Notes: generated by a model from the sequence alone, not told the origin. A stretch of 64,000 nucleotides of DNA from Leptolyngbyaceae cyanobacterium (GCA_965263355.1 CBDHHL010000032.1:992001-1056000), one strand, 5' to 3'. Shown: positions 45,925 through 56,667, numbered from the stretch's first letter. Program-made: numbers and translations.

Positions 45925-47286
45925 TTATAGCGTATAAGTAAAGCCATCCACCAAAATACCAGGCACATAACTATCCCCAAGGCTACGTTGCTCATAGGTA
46001 TCAGTATTAGGAACCGTTGTTTGAAAATCAGTCAAATCCACTAGCCCCTCGCCAAAGCAATGGTAAAGACTTTCGTCAAACCGAAGATTTTCAATCGGCG
46101 CAATAATTTCCCCCCGCTCTACCCAAAAGCAGGCGTAGCGGGTCATACCAGTAACGCGACCATTAGGATGATCGCTCCAGTTCAGATAGTGCAAATTGGA
46201 CAGATATAACCCCGTATCTAAGCTAGCTAGGATTTGATCCGCCGCTAAGGTGCCTGACAAAATCTCAGGAGCCCGCAGATGCTCGCCCTGATTGGCATAG
46301 TTAGATGGAACCTGATATTCCTTAGCACTGCGAGAACTCACCAGACTATTGACCAACGTCCCATGCTCAATAATGGGCAACTGCAGCGGCGCAACTTCAC
46401 CATAGGTATTAAACCGGGGCATATTAGCCTGCTGAAAATTTTCTCGCAGGGTAAATTTGGTCGACAGTTGACGCTGCCCCTGACGCAATAGGCCAAAGGC
46501 ACTGTTACCCTGCTGCAGATCCGCTTCACCCACACCGCCCCAAGAAAACATATGGAGTAATTCGGCCACCGCCGCTGGCGCTAAATAGGTGCGGTATTGC
46601 CCTCGCGCAACCGTCTTAGCAGGACGGCTGATAATGGCCAACTGCTGTTTGGCCTGATCGATTTTTTCTAAAAATTTGGCCTGCTGCCATTGGGTCCCCG
46701 CAAACGTCCCCTTAACCGCTCGATTGTGGGCATTAAATAAGGAAAAATCCAAACTATAGCTCGTGCTTTCAAACCAGTGACGCTGTCCGGCTGAGTCCGC
46801 ATAGCCCCGGAATATTAATCCCCCAGCATAGATACCGGTAAAGTCAAGGGTTTGAACGGTGGGCAGCAGGGTGGATGCGATCGCATCTGCCCCTAAAATC
46901 TCCCCCTGGTGAATTGTCCGACTGGTGGCCGATCCCGTCGGCAACACCACAAATGGATCCACTGGCAACTGGGGCACCAACGTCTGTAATTCTTCGAGGG
47001 CTGTTTTCAGCAGGGGCCAGTCAGTCTCAAAGTCCCCTACAAAAGGCACCGTTGCCGCCGCCATCCGCTCATCCTGCATCAGCGTCAGGGTCAAATTGCC
47101 ATCGCTCACCTGCCCTGTCTGCCGCACCAGAGCACGGTTAAAGCGAGTAAACTGACTGTCCTCTCCTGCCAGGGTCAGGGTGAAATGGGTAGACAAGGCA
47201 GACACTATGGTATCTGCCAATTGGCCAAACACGTTTTCCTTACTCTTAATCCTCTCTGCCAGCATGTCCACTACAGCACCGCTCAT
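45925..47286 (-). CDS. TldD/PmbA family protein (TldE-like partner)
   Basis: TRFN, YLAPAAV, TGMTR, NLRF; no HE..GH metal motif; overlaps upstream tldD stop. Confidence 0.85.
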   Translation of the reverse strand: MSGAVVDMLAERIKSKENVFGQLADTIVSALSTHFTLTLAGEDSQFTRFNRALVRQTGQVSDGNLTLTLMQDERMAAATVPFVGDFETDWPLLKTALEELQTLVPQLPVDPFVVLPTGSATSRTIHQGEILGADAIASTLLPTVQTLDFTGIYAGGLIFRGYADSAGQRHWFESTSYSLDFSLFNAHNRAVKGTFAGTQWQQAKFLEKIDQAKQQLAIISRPAKTVARGQYRTYLAPAAVAELLHMFSWGGVGEADLQQGNSAFGLLRQGQRQLSTKFTLRENFQQANMPRFNTYGEVAPLQLPIIEHGTLVNSLVSSRSAKEYQVPSNYANQGEHLRAPEILSGTLAADQILASLDTGLYLSNLHYLNWSDHPNGRVTGMTRYACFWVERGEIIAPIENLRFDESLYHCFGEGLVDLTDFQTTVPNTDTYEQRSLGDSYVPGILVDGFTYTL

Positions 47287-48722
47287 ACCGCACCCCCAAA
47301 GACTTCAATATTATTGAACGCACAAACTGGCGAACCATGGCCAACCCGAATCAGCTGATTGGGTTCCCCCTTGCCACAGAAGGGCGTACCATACATCTCC
47401 CAAGTATTACGATCCCCCACCTGGGATAAACTTTGCCAAAACTGAGGCGTAATCGAACGATAGTTGGGATTCTTTAAAGTGCGCGTCAGCTTGCCATGTT
47501 CAATTAGCTTGCCGTACTCACAGCCAAACTGAAACTTGTGGCGCTGATCATCAATCGACCAGGAGCGATTAGTTTCCATATAGACCCCGTGCTCAATGTT
47601 GGCAACAATTTGCTCAAAGGTGCGATCGCCAGGTTCCAAATTTATGTTAGCCATGCGATCAATGGCCGGTCGATTCCACGACGACGCCCGCGAATTAGCC
47701 ACCCCTGGCACCTGGGATCGCTGCTGACTTTCTAACCCCCCCAGCCCTCGTTCCAATTTGCCCCCACGGATCAAATATTCGCGGGTGGCCGGGTTGCCCA
47801 CATCATCAAACCCATAGCTGGCCAACTCCCCCGGCACAGTTGGGTCAAAGGTAACATTCATTAGCTTAGAGCCATAGTCCAGGGAGCCAAAATCCTCCAG
47901 CTGAATAAAGCTACCCCCCGCATAGTTACGCTCATCCCCCAGAATGCGGTCCAGCTCCAGCGGATGCCCAATACTTTCATGGATTTGCAGCATCATTTGG
48001 TCCGGGGCCAGCACCAGTGTGGTCGTCAGATCAGGACAATTCTCGGCATAGAGTAACTCCACAGCCTGCTCACCCACCTGCTGCACCTGTTGCCACAGAT
48101 CCAAGCCAGGGAATAGCTCCCATCCCCCTTGATAGCTCTGAGCTAAATACCCATGATTGGTACGCAACTGTGTGGTAGCCCCCTCCTGAGCAATCGTGCC
48201 AAAGTGGGTCTCGATTAAATAGTCCCGTTGATAGATCTCCGAGCCATTACTACTGACAAACCAGGTCTCAATATCATGGCTTCTAGCGGAAGCCGTGGCC
48301 TGAGCAATTTTTTCAGACACCTTAAGCCGCTCGCATACTTGCAGCAGAATTTGATTTAACTCAGCCGGGGACAGCGCATCTAACGCTTTGCGATGGGGAG
48401 AAATATAGCGTCCTTTAGCCTGGGGTCTGGCAGCCGTAGTAAACCGATGCACCGACCAGGCACTAGCAGCGACCGCCTGGTCGTAGGCAGTCACAATAGC
48501 CTGAGCTAGGGCAGGGGCACTGAGATTATTCGTAGCACTATAGCCAAATTGACCTTGAGCCAGGACTTCCACCATGGCTCCACGACCAATTGTTTGGGTA
48601 TTGCGCTCTGGATGAGCATCTCGAATAGCACAGGCCTTAGTTGTGTCTTTAATCGCTCGAATACCTATCCAATCAGCAGATACAGTCGCAGCAGCAACGA
48701 CGTCAGAAAGAATTTTAAACAT
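47283..48722 (-). CDS. tldD: TldD metalloprotease
   Basis: HESIGHPLELDR, RMAN, SWSIDD, CGKGEP. Confidence 0.88.
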   Translation of the reverse strand: MFKILSDVVAAATVSADWIGIRAIKDTTKACAIRDAHPERNTQTIGRGAMVEVLAQGQFGYSATNNLSAPALAQAIVTAYDQAVAASAWSVHRFTTAARPQAKGRYISPHRKALDALSPAELNQILLQVCERLKVSEKIAQATASARSHDIETWFVSSNGSEIYQRDYLIETHFGTIAQEGATTQLRTNHGYLAQSYQGGWELFPGLDLWQQVQQVGEQAVELLYAENCPDLTTTLVLAPDQMMLQIHESIGHPLELDRILGDERNYAGGSFIQLEDFGSLDYGSKLMNVTFDPTVPGELASYGFDDVGNPATREYLIRGGKLERGLGGLESQQRSQVPGVANSRASSWNRPAIDRMANINLEPGDRTFEQIVANIEHGVYMETNRSWSIDDQRHKFQFGCEYGKLIEHGKLTRTLKNPNYRSITPQFWQSLSQVGDRNTWEMYGTPFCGKGEPNQLIRVGHGSPVCAFNNIEVFGGAV

Positions 48723-48956
48723 AAATTTTGAGGTAGTGCAGACCAGGCGTGAAGCAATCCTGCGTACTACACCCTGTCTTGATAGTAGTAATTCTTACCG
48801 ATTAAGCCCCTCAATGGGGGGGAAGACCCTACATTAGCGACGAACATAATTTATATAAAAAACAAAAAACAGGTCCATGCACTTACATATAAGGTTAAAT
48901 CCGATCTAAACTTAAGAAAGCAAAGTATTAGCCGCCAAAAACTTAAAAATATTTTT

Positions 48957-49403
48957 ATGGATGAGTTGGATAGCAAAATTTTAGGGGCGCTGATGACCGA
49001 TGGTCGAGTGACGTGGTCGGACCTGGCCAGTCAATGTGATGTGTCATCTCCAGCCATTAGCGATCGCGTCCGTCGGTTAGAAAAACGCGGCATCATTCAG
49101 GGCTATCGAGTGGTGGTTGATCCCGTACAGCTGGGCTACGACATCACGGCGTTTGTGACGGTGGTGTTGGAGCACCCAAAATACCGCCAGGATTTTTTGG
49201 ACTATGTGCAAATGACGCCCGCCATCCAGGAATGTCACCACGTGGCCGGGGATGGAGATTATTTGCTGAAGCTACGGTGCGGCAAGATGGCGGATTTGGA
49301 GCGGATTCTGAGTGAGGAGATCAAAGGACTGCCGGGGATCTTACAGACAAAAACGTCGATAGCGCTATCGACGGTGAAGGAAACGACGGTGTTAAAAGTT
49401 TAA
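48957..49403 (+). CDS. Lrp/AsnC family regulator
   Basis: D.LD.KIL, RVRRLE..GII.GY, ECHHVAGDGDY. Confidence 0.93.
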   Translation: MDELDSKILGALMTDGRVTWSDLASQCDVSSPAISDRVRRLEKRGIIQGYRVVVDPVQLGYDITAFVTVVLEHPKYRQDFLDYVQMTPAIQECHHVAGDGDYLLKLRCGKMADLERILSEEIKGLPGILQTKTSIALSTVKETTVLKV

Positions 49404-49419
49404 AGACGGGTGTATTGCC

Positions 49420-50025
49420 ATGATTTTTTTGTTTTTTCGAGGGTTGGTTTTAGGGGTGGCCATTGCCGCACCGGTTGGTCCCATTGGGTTGTTATGTATT
49501 CGCAGAAGTCTTTCCTATGGATCAATGGCAGGCTTGCTATCGGGCTTGGGGGCAGCGACGGCGGATGGGGTGTATGGTGCGATCGCGGCCTTTGGCCTGG
49601 CGGTGGTTTCTAATTTCCTAACGGATCAGGCCAGGTGGTTGGGCATTATCGGCGGTCTATTTCTCTGTTATTTAGGTATCACTACATTTTTGAGTAAGCC
49701 TGCGGAGAAAGCAGCTGAGATTAATCGCACGGGTCTAGCTGGGGCCTATCTATCTACATTTGGTTTAACCCTGACAAACCCGGCGACGATTTTGTCGTTT
49801 GTGCTCTTGTTTGCTGGCTTTGCGCCTGCGGACCTGGGCTATGGTCAGGCGGTGGTAATGGTAAGTGGCGTGTTTTTGGGCTCGGCGCTGTGGTGGTTGA
49901 TGCTAAGTAGTGGGGTGTCACGGTTACGCCATTGGCTAACGCCTGGGCGATTGGTTTGGGTAAATCGTGCGTTTGGGGTATTGATTATGGGGTTTGGAAT
50001 CGTGGCGTTGACCTGGCGAGGATAA
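49420..50025 (+). CDS. LysE family translocator
   Basis: AAPVGP, GLGAATAD, LTLTNP, LWW. Confidence 0.92.
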   Translation: MIFLFFRGLVLGVAIAAPVGPIGLLCIRRSLSYGSMAGLLSGLGAATADGVYGAIAAFGLAVVSNFLTDQARWLGIIGGLFLCYLGITTFLSKPAEKAAEINRTGLAGAYLSTFGLTLTNPATILSFVLLFAGFAPADLGYGQAVVMVSGVFLGSALWWLMLSSGVSRLRHWLTPGRLVWVNRAFGVLIMGFGIVALTWRG

Positions 50026-50437
50026 ATTTAGACGGTTTTCACACTTGAAACACTACTCACTACTCACGTTCATTTGTTAATTCAAGGGAAAACATTATGC
50101 AGCAAACGATAGGGTGAGTTCCTTCCTACAGATGACGTTTATGATTATCCTGACATTGGAACGCACCACCTTTGGGAAAACTGAAAAATCCCGTAAGCAG
50201 TACGTTGCAACACACCCTACCAGATGAAACAAATCACAGACTGCGGGATCTAGAGGTGAATCCGGAGTTGTTTTAAGCGGGTTGAACGAAGTCGAAGCCC
50301 AAAAGTACCTTTGGGGGTAATGGACAACCATTGAAAAAATACATAACGATCTTTAATTAAGCTACTGGAAATATTTTTTCTCCAGAGACTAGAGTAAATA
50401 CAGGCATCTGCCCCACGCCCCCAATTTGCCAAACACT

Positions 50438-52135
50438 ATGGCAGCAAAGACGATCCTGATCCTGACGGCGAATCCTTCGGATACTAGCCGTTTGCGTTTA
50501 GACGAAGAAGTTCGCGAAATCCAAGAAGGCTTAAATCTGTCGGCTGAGCGGGACAGCTTTAATGTGGTGTCCCAGTGGGCCACCCGCCCTGACGATTTAC
50601 GGCGGGCCCTGCTGAAGTACAAGCCGCAGATCGTGCATTTCTCCGGGCACGGTGCTGGGGCAAAGGGCCTGGTATTAGAAAGCGATACGGGTAAAGCCAA
50701 ACCAGTTAGTGGTGCTGCCCTATCGCGACTATTTGGTCTTTTTCCTAGTGTGGAATGTGTGCTGTTTAACGCTTGCTATTCTCAGGCGCAGGCGAACGCG
50801 GTGGTCAAGCATGTGGACTATGTGGTGGGCATGACCGATGCCATCGGCGACAGGGCTGCCATTGAATTTTCCGTCGGCTTTTATGATGCGTTGGGCTATG
50901 GTAATCCGGTGCCCTATGCCTATGAAGTAGGGCTATCGGCCATTGCTTTAGAAGGGTTGGAGGAAACCAACACCCCCATTCTAAAAATACGGAAAGGTCT
51001 TGAAAAGTCCGTTGACTCGCCGGAACCAGAACCGCCCAACACCGAACCTTTAGCCTCTGAAATTAGAGAAGCAAAGACTAACGAGACTACAACAGGTAAC
51101 TCGCGTTCGGCCAAACAACCTGTCATTCTGGAAGAACCTGAAGGGTTGGTGCCCTTAGACTCGCCCTTTTATATCGAGCGGCACCCGATTGAAACCGACT
51201 GCTATGAAACCGTTGTGCGGCCTGGGTCGCTGATTCGCATCAAAGCGCCGCGTCAGCTGGGTAAAACATCGCTGCTGGTGAGAAGTTTGGACCATGCCAG
51301 GTCGCAGGGATTTGAAACGGTACGGCTGAGCTTTCAAACCTCTGACAATGACACACTGAATGACCTGGATGAATTTCTCCAGTGGTTTTGCTGCAGCGTT
51401 ACCGAGGAGCTAGACCTGGAAGATCGGCTGGCGGACTATTGGAAAGGGGCACGGGGTATCGTTCGTCGCTGTCAGCGATATTTTGAGAAGTATCTGCTAC
51501 AAGAGTTGGAACAGCCCCTGGTCCTGGGTCTGGACGAAGTGGACCAGGTATTTGAGCATCCTAAAATCGCCACGGACTTTTTTGGCATGTTGCGGGTGTG
51601 GCATGAAGAGGGCAAAACCAATCCCATCTGGCGCAAGCTGAATCTGGTGATTGTTCATTCGAAAGAGGTTTATGTGCCTCTGAGCATCAACCGTTCGCCA
51701 TTTAATGTGGGACTGCCTATTGAGCTACGGGAGTTAAATTCAGACGAAATCGAAACCCTGATTGATCGCCATCAGCTAAGTTTGTCTGGCCATCAAAAGC
51801 AGCAGCTAGTGGAGCTGGTGGGTGGCCATCCCTATCTAATGCGGGCAGCGCTTTATCAGCTGGCGCGGGGCCGCATTAGTCTGACTCAGTTAATGGAGGA
51901 AGCGCCCACAGAGGGAGGTTTGTACAGCGATCATTTGCGACGGCATTTACTGAATCTGGAGGCGGATCCGGATTTACTGGATGCGTTTAAGCAAGTGATT
52001 CCCAGCTATCAGCCGGTACAGATTGGCTCGACGGAAGCGTTTAAGCTGCACAGTATGGGGCTGGTGAAGTATGACGGCAATGCGGTGGTGCCGTTGTGTG
52101 GCTTGTATCGGCAATATTTTCAGTCGCGTTTGTGA
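50438..52135 (+). CDS. CHAT (caspase-fold) protease fused to AAA_35-type STAND NTPase
   Basis: ANP..LRLDEE, HFSGHG and NACYS (His/Cys dyad); KAPRQLGKTS Walker A, LDEVD Walker B, SPFNVG, GGHPYL. Confidence 0.85.
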   Translation: MAAKTILILTANPSDTSRLRLDEEVREIQEGLNLSAERDSFNVVSQWATRPDDLRRALLKYKPQIVHFSGHGAGAKGLVLESDTGKAKPVSGAALSRLFGLFPSVECVLFNACYSQAQANAVVKHVDYVVGMTDAIGDRAAIEFSVGFYDALGYGNPVPYAYEVGLSAIALEGLEETNTPILKIRKGLEKSVDSPEPEPPNTEPLASEIREAKTNETTTGNSRSAKQPVILEEPEGLVPLDSPFYIERHPIETDCYETVVRPGSLIRIKAPRQLGKTSLLVRSLDHARSQGFETVRLSFQTSDNDTLNDLDEFLQWFCCSVTEELDLEDRLADYWKGARGIVRRCQRYFEKYLLQELEQPLVLGLDEVDQVFEHPKIATDFFGMLRVWHEEGKTNPIWRKLNLVIVHSKEVYVPLSINRSPFNVGLPIELRELNSDEIETLIDRHQLSLSGHQKQQLVELVGGHPYLMRAALYQLARGRISLTQLMEEAPTEGGLYSDHLRRHLLNLEADPDLLDAFKQVIPSYQPVQIGSTEAFKLHSMGLVKYDGNAVVPLCGLYRQYFQSRL

Positions 52136-52191
52136 GGTGAGGTAATTGAATATAAATAAAATCCTCAGCAAGAAACAGTTGAGCAACCTCC

Positions 52192-52288
52192 TCCCCTTTA
52201 GAAGGGGAGGGGCCGAAGGCGGAGGGGGCTTCGATCACTTGCGCACGTTATCCAGACCCCTCCCTGACGGTTCCCCTTCTAAAGGGGA
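52192..52288. repeat. Inverted pair of 17-bp palindromic units (REP/MITE-like)
   Basis: tcccctttagaagggga at 52192 and its exact reverse complement at 52272. Confidence 0.75.
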
Positions 52289-52366
52289 ACCAGGTATCGC
52301 AATGTCTCACAACATAAATAGTTCGTTGTAAGTTGATTTGTATCTGATGCCCCCTCGGAAAAAATC

Positions 52367-55300
52367 ATGGCTGAGTATCGATATCAAGTGGGCGGTAGCC
52401 TGCCGCCAGATGCACAAACCTACGTTAAGCGTGCGGCAGACGAGGAGTTTTACCAGGCGCTTAAGGCTGGAGAGTTTTGCTATGTGCTGAACTCTCGGCA
52501 GATGGGTAAGTCTAGCTTGCGGGTGCGGACGTCTAATCGATTACAGGCGGAGGGAGTGGCCTGTGCATCGTTGGATGTGAGTGGGTTGGGGACTACCACT
52601 ATCGAACCAGCGGAGTGGTACTTCGGCATTATGGATAGCCTGGTAGATCGGTTTGGCGTCGACCGACTGGATCCAACCTTTGACCTGGATGATTGGTGGG
52701 AGGAGAATCACAATCTGCCTCCGGTACGCCGATTTGGTAAGTTTCTGAGCCATGTGTTGCTGCGGACGGTGGACCAGCCCATGGTGATCTTTCTCGATGA
52801 AATCGACAGTGTCCTCAGTTTGGAGTTTGAGGCGGATGATTTCTTTGCCGTTATTCGAGAGTGTTTTAACAATCGGGCGGAGAATGCTGACTATAAGCGG
52901 CTGACGTTTGCACTGATTGGGGTAGCAACGCCGACAAATTTGATCCAGGCAAAAGAAAGAACGCCGTTTAATATTGGTCGAGCAATTCAGCTGACGGGGT
53001 TTAGCTTTGAGGAAGCGACACCGTTGTTGCCGGGGTTAAGAGATTGTGTGAGCGATCCGGAGGCAGTGTTGCGGGCGGTACTGCACTGGACTGGGGGACA
53101 GCCTTTTTTGGCTCAGAAGGTCTGTCAGCTAGTGATTCAGGAGGTGGAGCGTGCGGGGGAACAGCCTGCAGCGGATGAGCTAGTGGCCCAGGTGGTGCAT
53201 ACCCATATTATTGATAACTGGGAGATGCAGGATGAGCCGCCCCATTTGAAAACAATTCGGGACCGGTTGCGGGAGAATGTGCGGGCGGGGCAGTTGTTGA
53301 GCCTGTATCAGGAGATTGTTGAAGAAGGATATATCCCAGTAGACGGTAGTGCTAAGCAGATGGCGCTGCGGTTGTCGGGGTTGGTGGTGGAACGGGACAG
53401 CAAGCTGCAGGTGTATAACCCAATTTACCAGACGGTGTTTACCCAGGACTGGATTCGGGAGTCGTTGGCGAGTATTCGGCCCTATGGAGAGAAGTTGGAT
53501 GCGTGGGTGGCGGACCCTCAGGATAGTTTGTTGTTACAGGGGGAGGAACTGACGGATGCGCTGGACTGGTCGGAGACTCGTAGTTTGGGGAAGCAAGACT
53601 ATGAGTATTTGGTGGAGAGTCAGAAGCTGGGGTTGCGGGCAGAACTGGCGGCAGTGCAGGCGACGGTAGCGCAGCAGACGCAGTTGTTGAATACGAAGAA
53701 TAAGGCGATTCAGCGGGCGGATGATGAGTTGGCGGATGCAAAAGATGAGCTACGGACGGTGCGGAAGCGGACGCGACTGTCTTCGCTGTTGGGTGTCGGG
53801 TTGGTAAGTTTGGCCGTATTTGGAGCAGTTTTAACAGGGGCTCGGGCTACTGAAGCGATTGGCAAAGCACAAGATGCAGAAGAACAGTTAGTAGATACCG
53901 AGAAACAGCTAGTTGATGCAGAAAAACAGTTAACTAGCACTGCAACTCAGTTAACACGCCTAGAGACTAAGAACATTAGATTAGATAAAAGCAATCAGAA
54001 TTTAGCAAAAGAGAACCAACAATTAGAAGAAGTCAATAAACAGTCTGCAGAAGAGGTAAAAGCCGCAAAAGCAGAAACCCAAACAGCAAAGCAACAGGCC
54101 GAGACTATTCGTGGCCAGGTGGCAGGACTGAATCAGGATTTAGCCACTAAAAATAACCAGTTGGGTGATGTACAAACTCAGTTAACCGGAGCTGAGTCTG
54201 AATTGGGTTTACTACAGCAGAATGTTGGGGCATTACAACAAAGTGTCAGTCAATTAGAGCAAGAACAACTCGTTAGAAAAGACGAATTATTAGAAGCAAC
54301 TAGATTACGGAATCGTGCTGTAGTGCGTCGAAATCAAGTGCAAGAAGCCTTACGATTCTCGATTGGCACGCTGGGATTACAGCGGTTTAGAAACACTTTT
54401 TATGAGCTGGGTGGGCTGAGGAACGCAGTTGGATACTTAGAAGAGGGGCGAGAAAAAACTGAAAAGACTCAAGATAAGCGAGGAGAAAGCTATAGCCACG
54501 GTAATATAGGCGAAGTTTATAACATTCTTGGGCAGTACCCCGCTGCGTTAGACGCCCATGAAAAACATCTAACCATTGCCAGACAAATTCAAGATCGACG
54601 AGGGGAAGGACAGGCCCTGGGCAATAAGGGTGAGGTGCTTTATAACCAGGGTAAATATCCAGATGCTTTGGAGTTTCATCAACAGCATTTAACCATTGCC
54701 CGTGAGACGAAAGATCGGCTAGGAGAAAGTCAGGCACTGATGAACCTGGCACGGGTTTACTTAGCCACAGGCAATCCGAAAAAAGCACTGAACACTCACC
54801 AGGAGAGTTTAGATATTGCCATAGCAATTAAGGATCGACTGGGGGAAGGGCAAATCCTTGGCTATATGGGGGATGTGTATGACTTTCAAGGAGAGACGGA
54901 TAAGGCTCTGGAGAAATATGGTGAGGCAGTAGAACTGGCTAAAACTATTGGCGATAGCTTTGGTATGGCAGATGCTATGAAGAAGATAGCGGATATCCAA
55001 CGGCGTCGAGGTGAGCATAAAACTGCCTTGGTCACATATGGTGAGACTAAAGCTATAGCTGAACAAATTCAGGATGATAAGGGTTTAGGAGAGAGTCTAA
55101 AGGGCATAGGTCAAATCTACGCCGATCAATATAAGTATGAAGATGCACGGCAAAACTATCGTCTAGCCATAGATGAGTTTTTTGAAGTGGGAGACAAGGC
55201 CGGTGTGGGAGATATGCGGCTGACTATTGGGAGGTTATATGAGATTCAGGGGCAGTATGGTGAGGCATTGAGGGAATATCAACAGGCGTTGGATATTCAT

Positions 55301-56246
55301 CAATCAATTGATAATCGACGCGGGGAGGCAGAAAGCTTCAATAAAATTGGGAATACCTATTGGCGACAATCTCAATATTCAGAAGCTCTGGACTACTACG
55401 AACGAGCATTGGCTATTGTTCAAGAAATAGGTAATCGTTCAGGTAAAGGGACCACCCTAAACAATATTGGCATAGTCTATGACAATCAAGGGAAGTATGG
55501 TGAGGCCTTGGGGTATTACGAACAGGCCTTAGCGATTCGTCGGGAGGTGGGCGATCGCGGGCGGGCAGGCGTCACTCTCAGCAACGATTCGTCGGGAGGT
55601 GGGTCGAGCGGGCGAAGGCTCCACTCTAAACAACATGTCTACAATCAAGGGAAGTATGGTGAGGCCTTGGGGTATTACGAACAGGCCTTAGCGATTCGTC
55701 GGGAGGTGGGCGATCGCGCGGGCGAAGGCTTAGTCCACTCTAAACAACATTGGCGATCGCGCGGGCGAAGTCTATGACAATCAAGGGAAGTATGGTGAGG
55801 CCTTGGGGTATTACGAACAGGCCTTAGCGATTCGTCGGGAGGTGGGCGATCGCGCGGGCGAAGGCGTCACTCTCAGCAACATTGGTGCAGTCTATGATGA
55901 ACAAGGAGAAGATGAAACAGCGATAACTTATTACCAACAAGCTCTTTCCATCGCACAGGAACTAAATCTTCCTGCGACAACAGCGTATAGAACCTATCTA
56001 ATCGGTACCGTCTATGTCGAACTCGCTCGATATTCAGAAGCCCTAGATACCCTTCAACAGGCATTTTTCATAATGCAGGAGTTGGGTCAAGAAGATCGTA
56101 TGCAACGGGCTCAGCATTGGATGACCGATGCGCTCAATGGCATTCGGGATACTTCTGTGGGTGAGTATCAACAACAATGTCAGACGGTTAGCCAAGCTAC
56201 AGGCATTCCCCTGGCTGAGCTTTGTCCAGTGGAGGAGATACCGTAG
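52367..56246 (+). CDS. AAA_35-type STAND NTPase + TM helix + coiled coil + TPR array; frame broken inside the repeat tract near 55.73-55.78 kb
   Basis: [34 protein letters not shown]; hydrophobic segment; many 40-aa TPRs; ORF 55803..56246 continues the same repeat. Confidence 0.8.
55482..55854 (+). repeat. Three identical 78-bp TPR-coding direct repeats
   Basis: acaatcaagggaag...gggcgatcgcg at 55482, 55641 and 55777. Confidence 0.9.
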
Positions 56247-56428
56247 GTTGTGGTTGAGCCCGCGATACCCAACATCGCCAACATTTATCGCCCCACGGCA
56301 CGTTTATAACATTATTTTTTGGGGTGTGAATTTGGACATGGGTGTCGAAGATATCGGTATTGTTGGGTTTCGCGGTTGGGAGATGCGGGTATGGAGCAAC
56401 AATTTTGGCCGCTCAACCGCAACCTACG
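56242..56428. repeat. GTAG-type REP-like inverted doublet
   Basis: cgtaggttgtggttgagc ... gctcaaccgcaacctacg termini; internal cgcgatacccaaca / tgttgggtttcgcg. Confidence 0.75.
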
Positions 56429-56660
56429 AGGGATCGGTTGGGGGTTCGGGTTCTTCGATTATTTCGACTAATTCTTCGATGGAAACACCTAATACTTCGG
56501 CAATACGCATGACGGCTGGAATGTCTGCTGTGGCCATACCAGAAGACGCTGCATAGGTAGAAACCGTGGAATACGGAACATTCGCCTGTCGAGATAGTGC
56601 CCTAATGCCAATTCCTTTCTGCTTGGCAAATTCTCGAATACGTAATTTAAACAGACCCAT
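56424..56660 (-). CDS. XRE/Cro-type HTH regulator
   Basis: LRIREFA..KG, LSRQANVPYSTV, IAEVLGVSIEEL. Confidence 0.85.
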   Translation of the reverse strand: MGLFKLRIREFAKQKGIGIRALSRQANVPYSTVSTYAASSGMATADIPAVMRIAEVLGVSIEELVEIIEEPEPPTDPS

Positions 56661-56667
56661 TGCAGGC

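Noticed and set aside
50026..50437. Gene or ncRNA upstream of the CHAT-STAND gene
   Set aside because: Only short interrupted frames and a brief cactact repeat; nothing recognisable
55482..55854. Direct repeats as a CRISPR array or DGR template/variable pair
   Set aside because: Repeats are 78 bp and TPR-coding, spacers are made of repeat fragments, no adenine-specific variation, and no cas or reverse-transcriptase gene in the window
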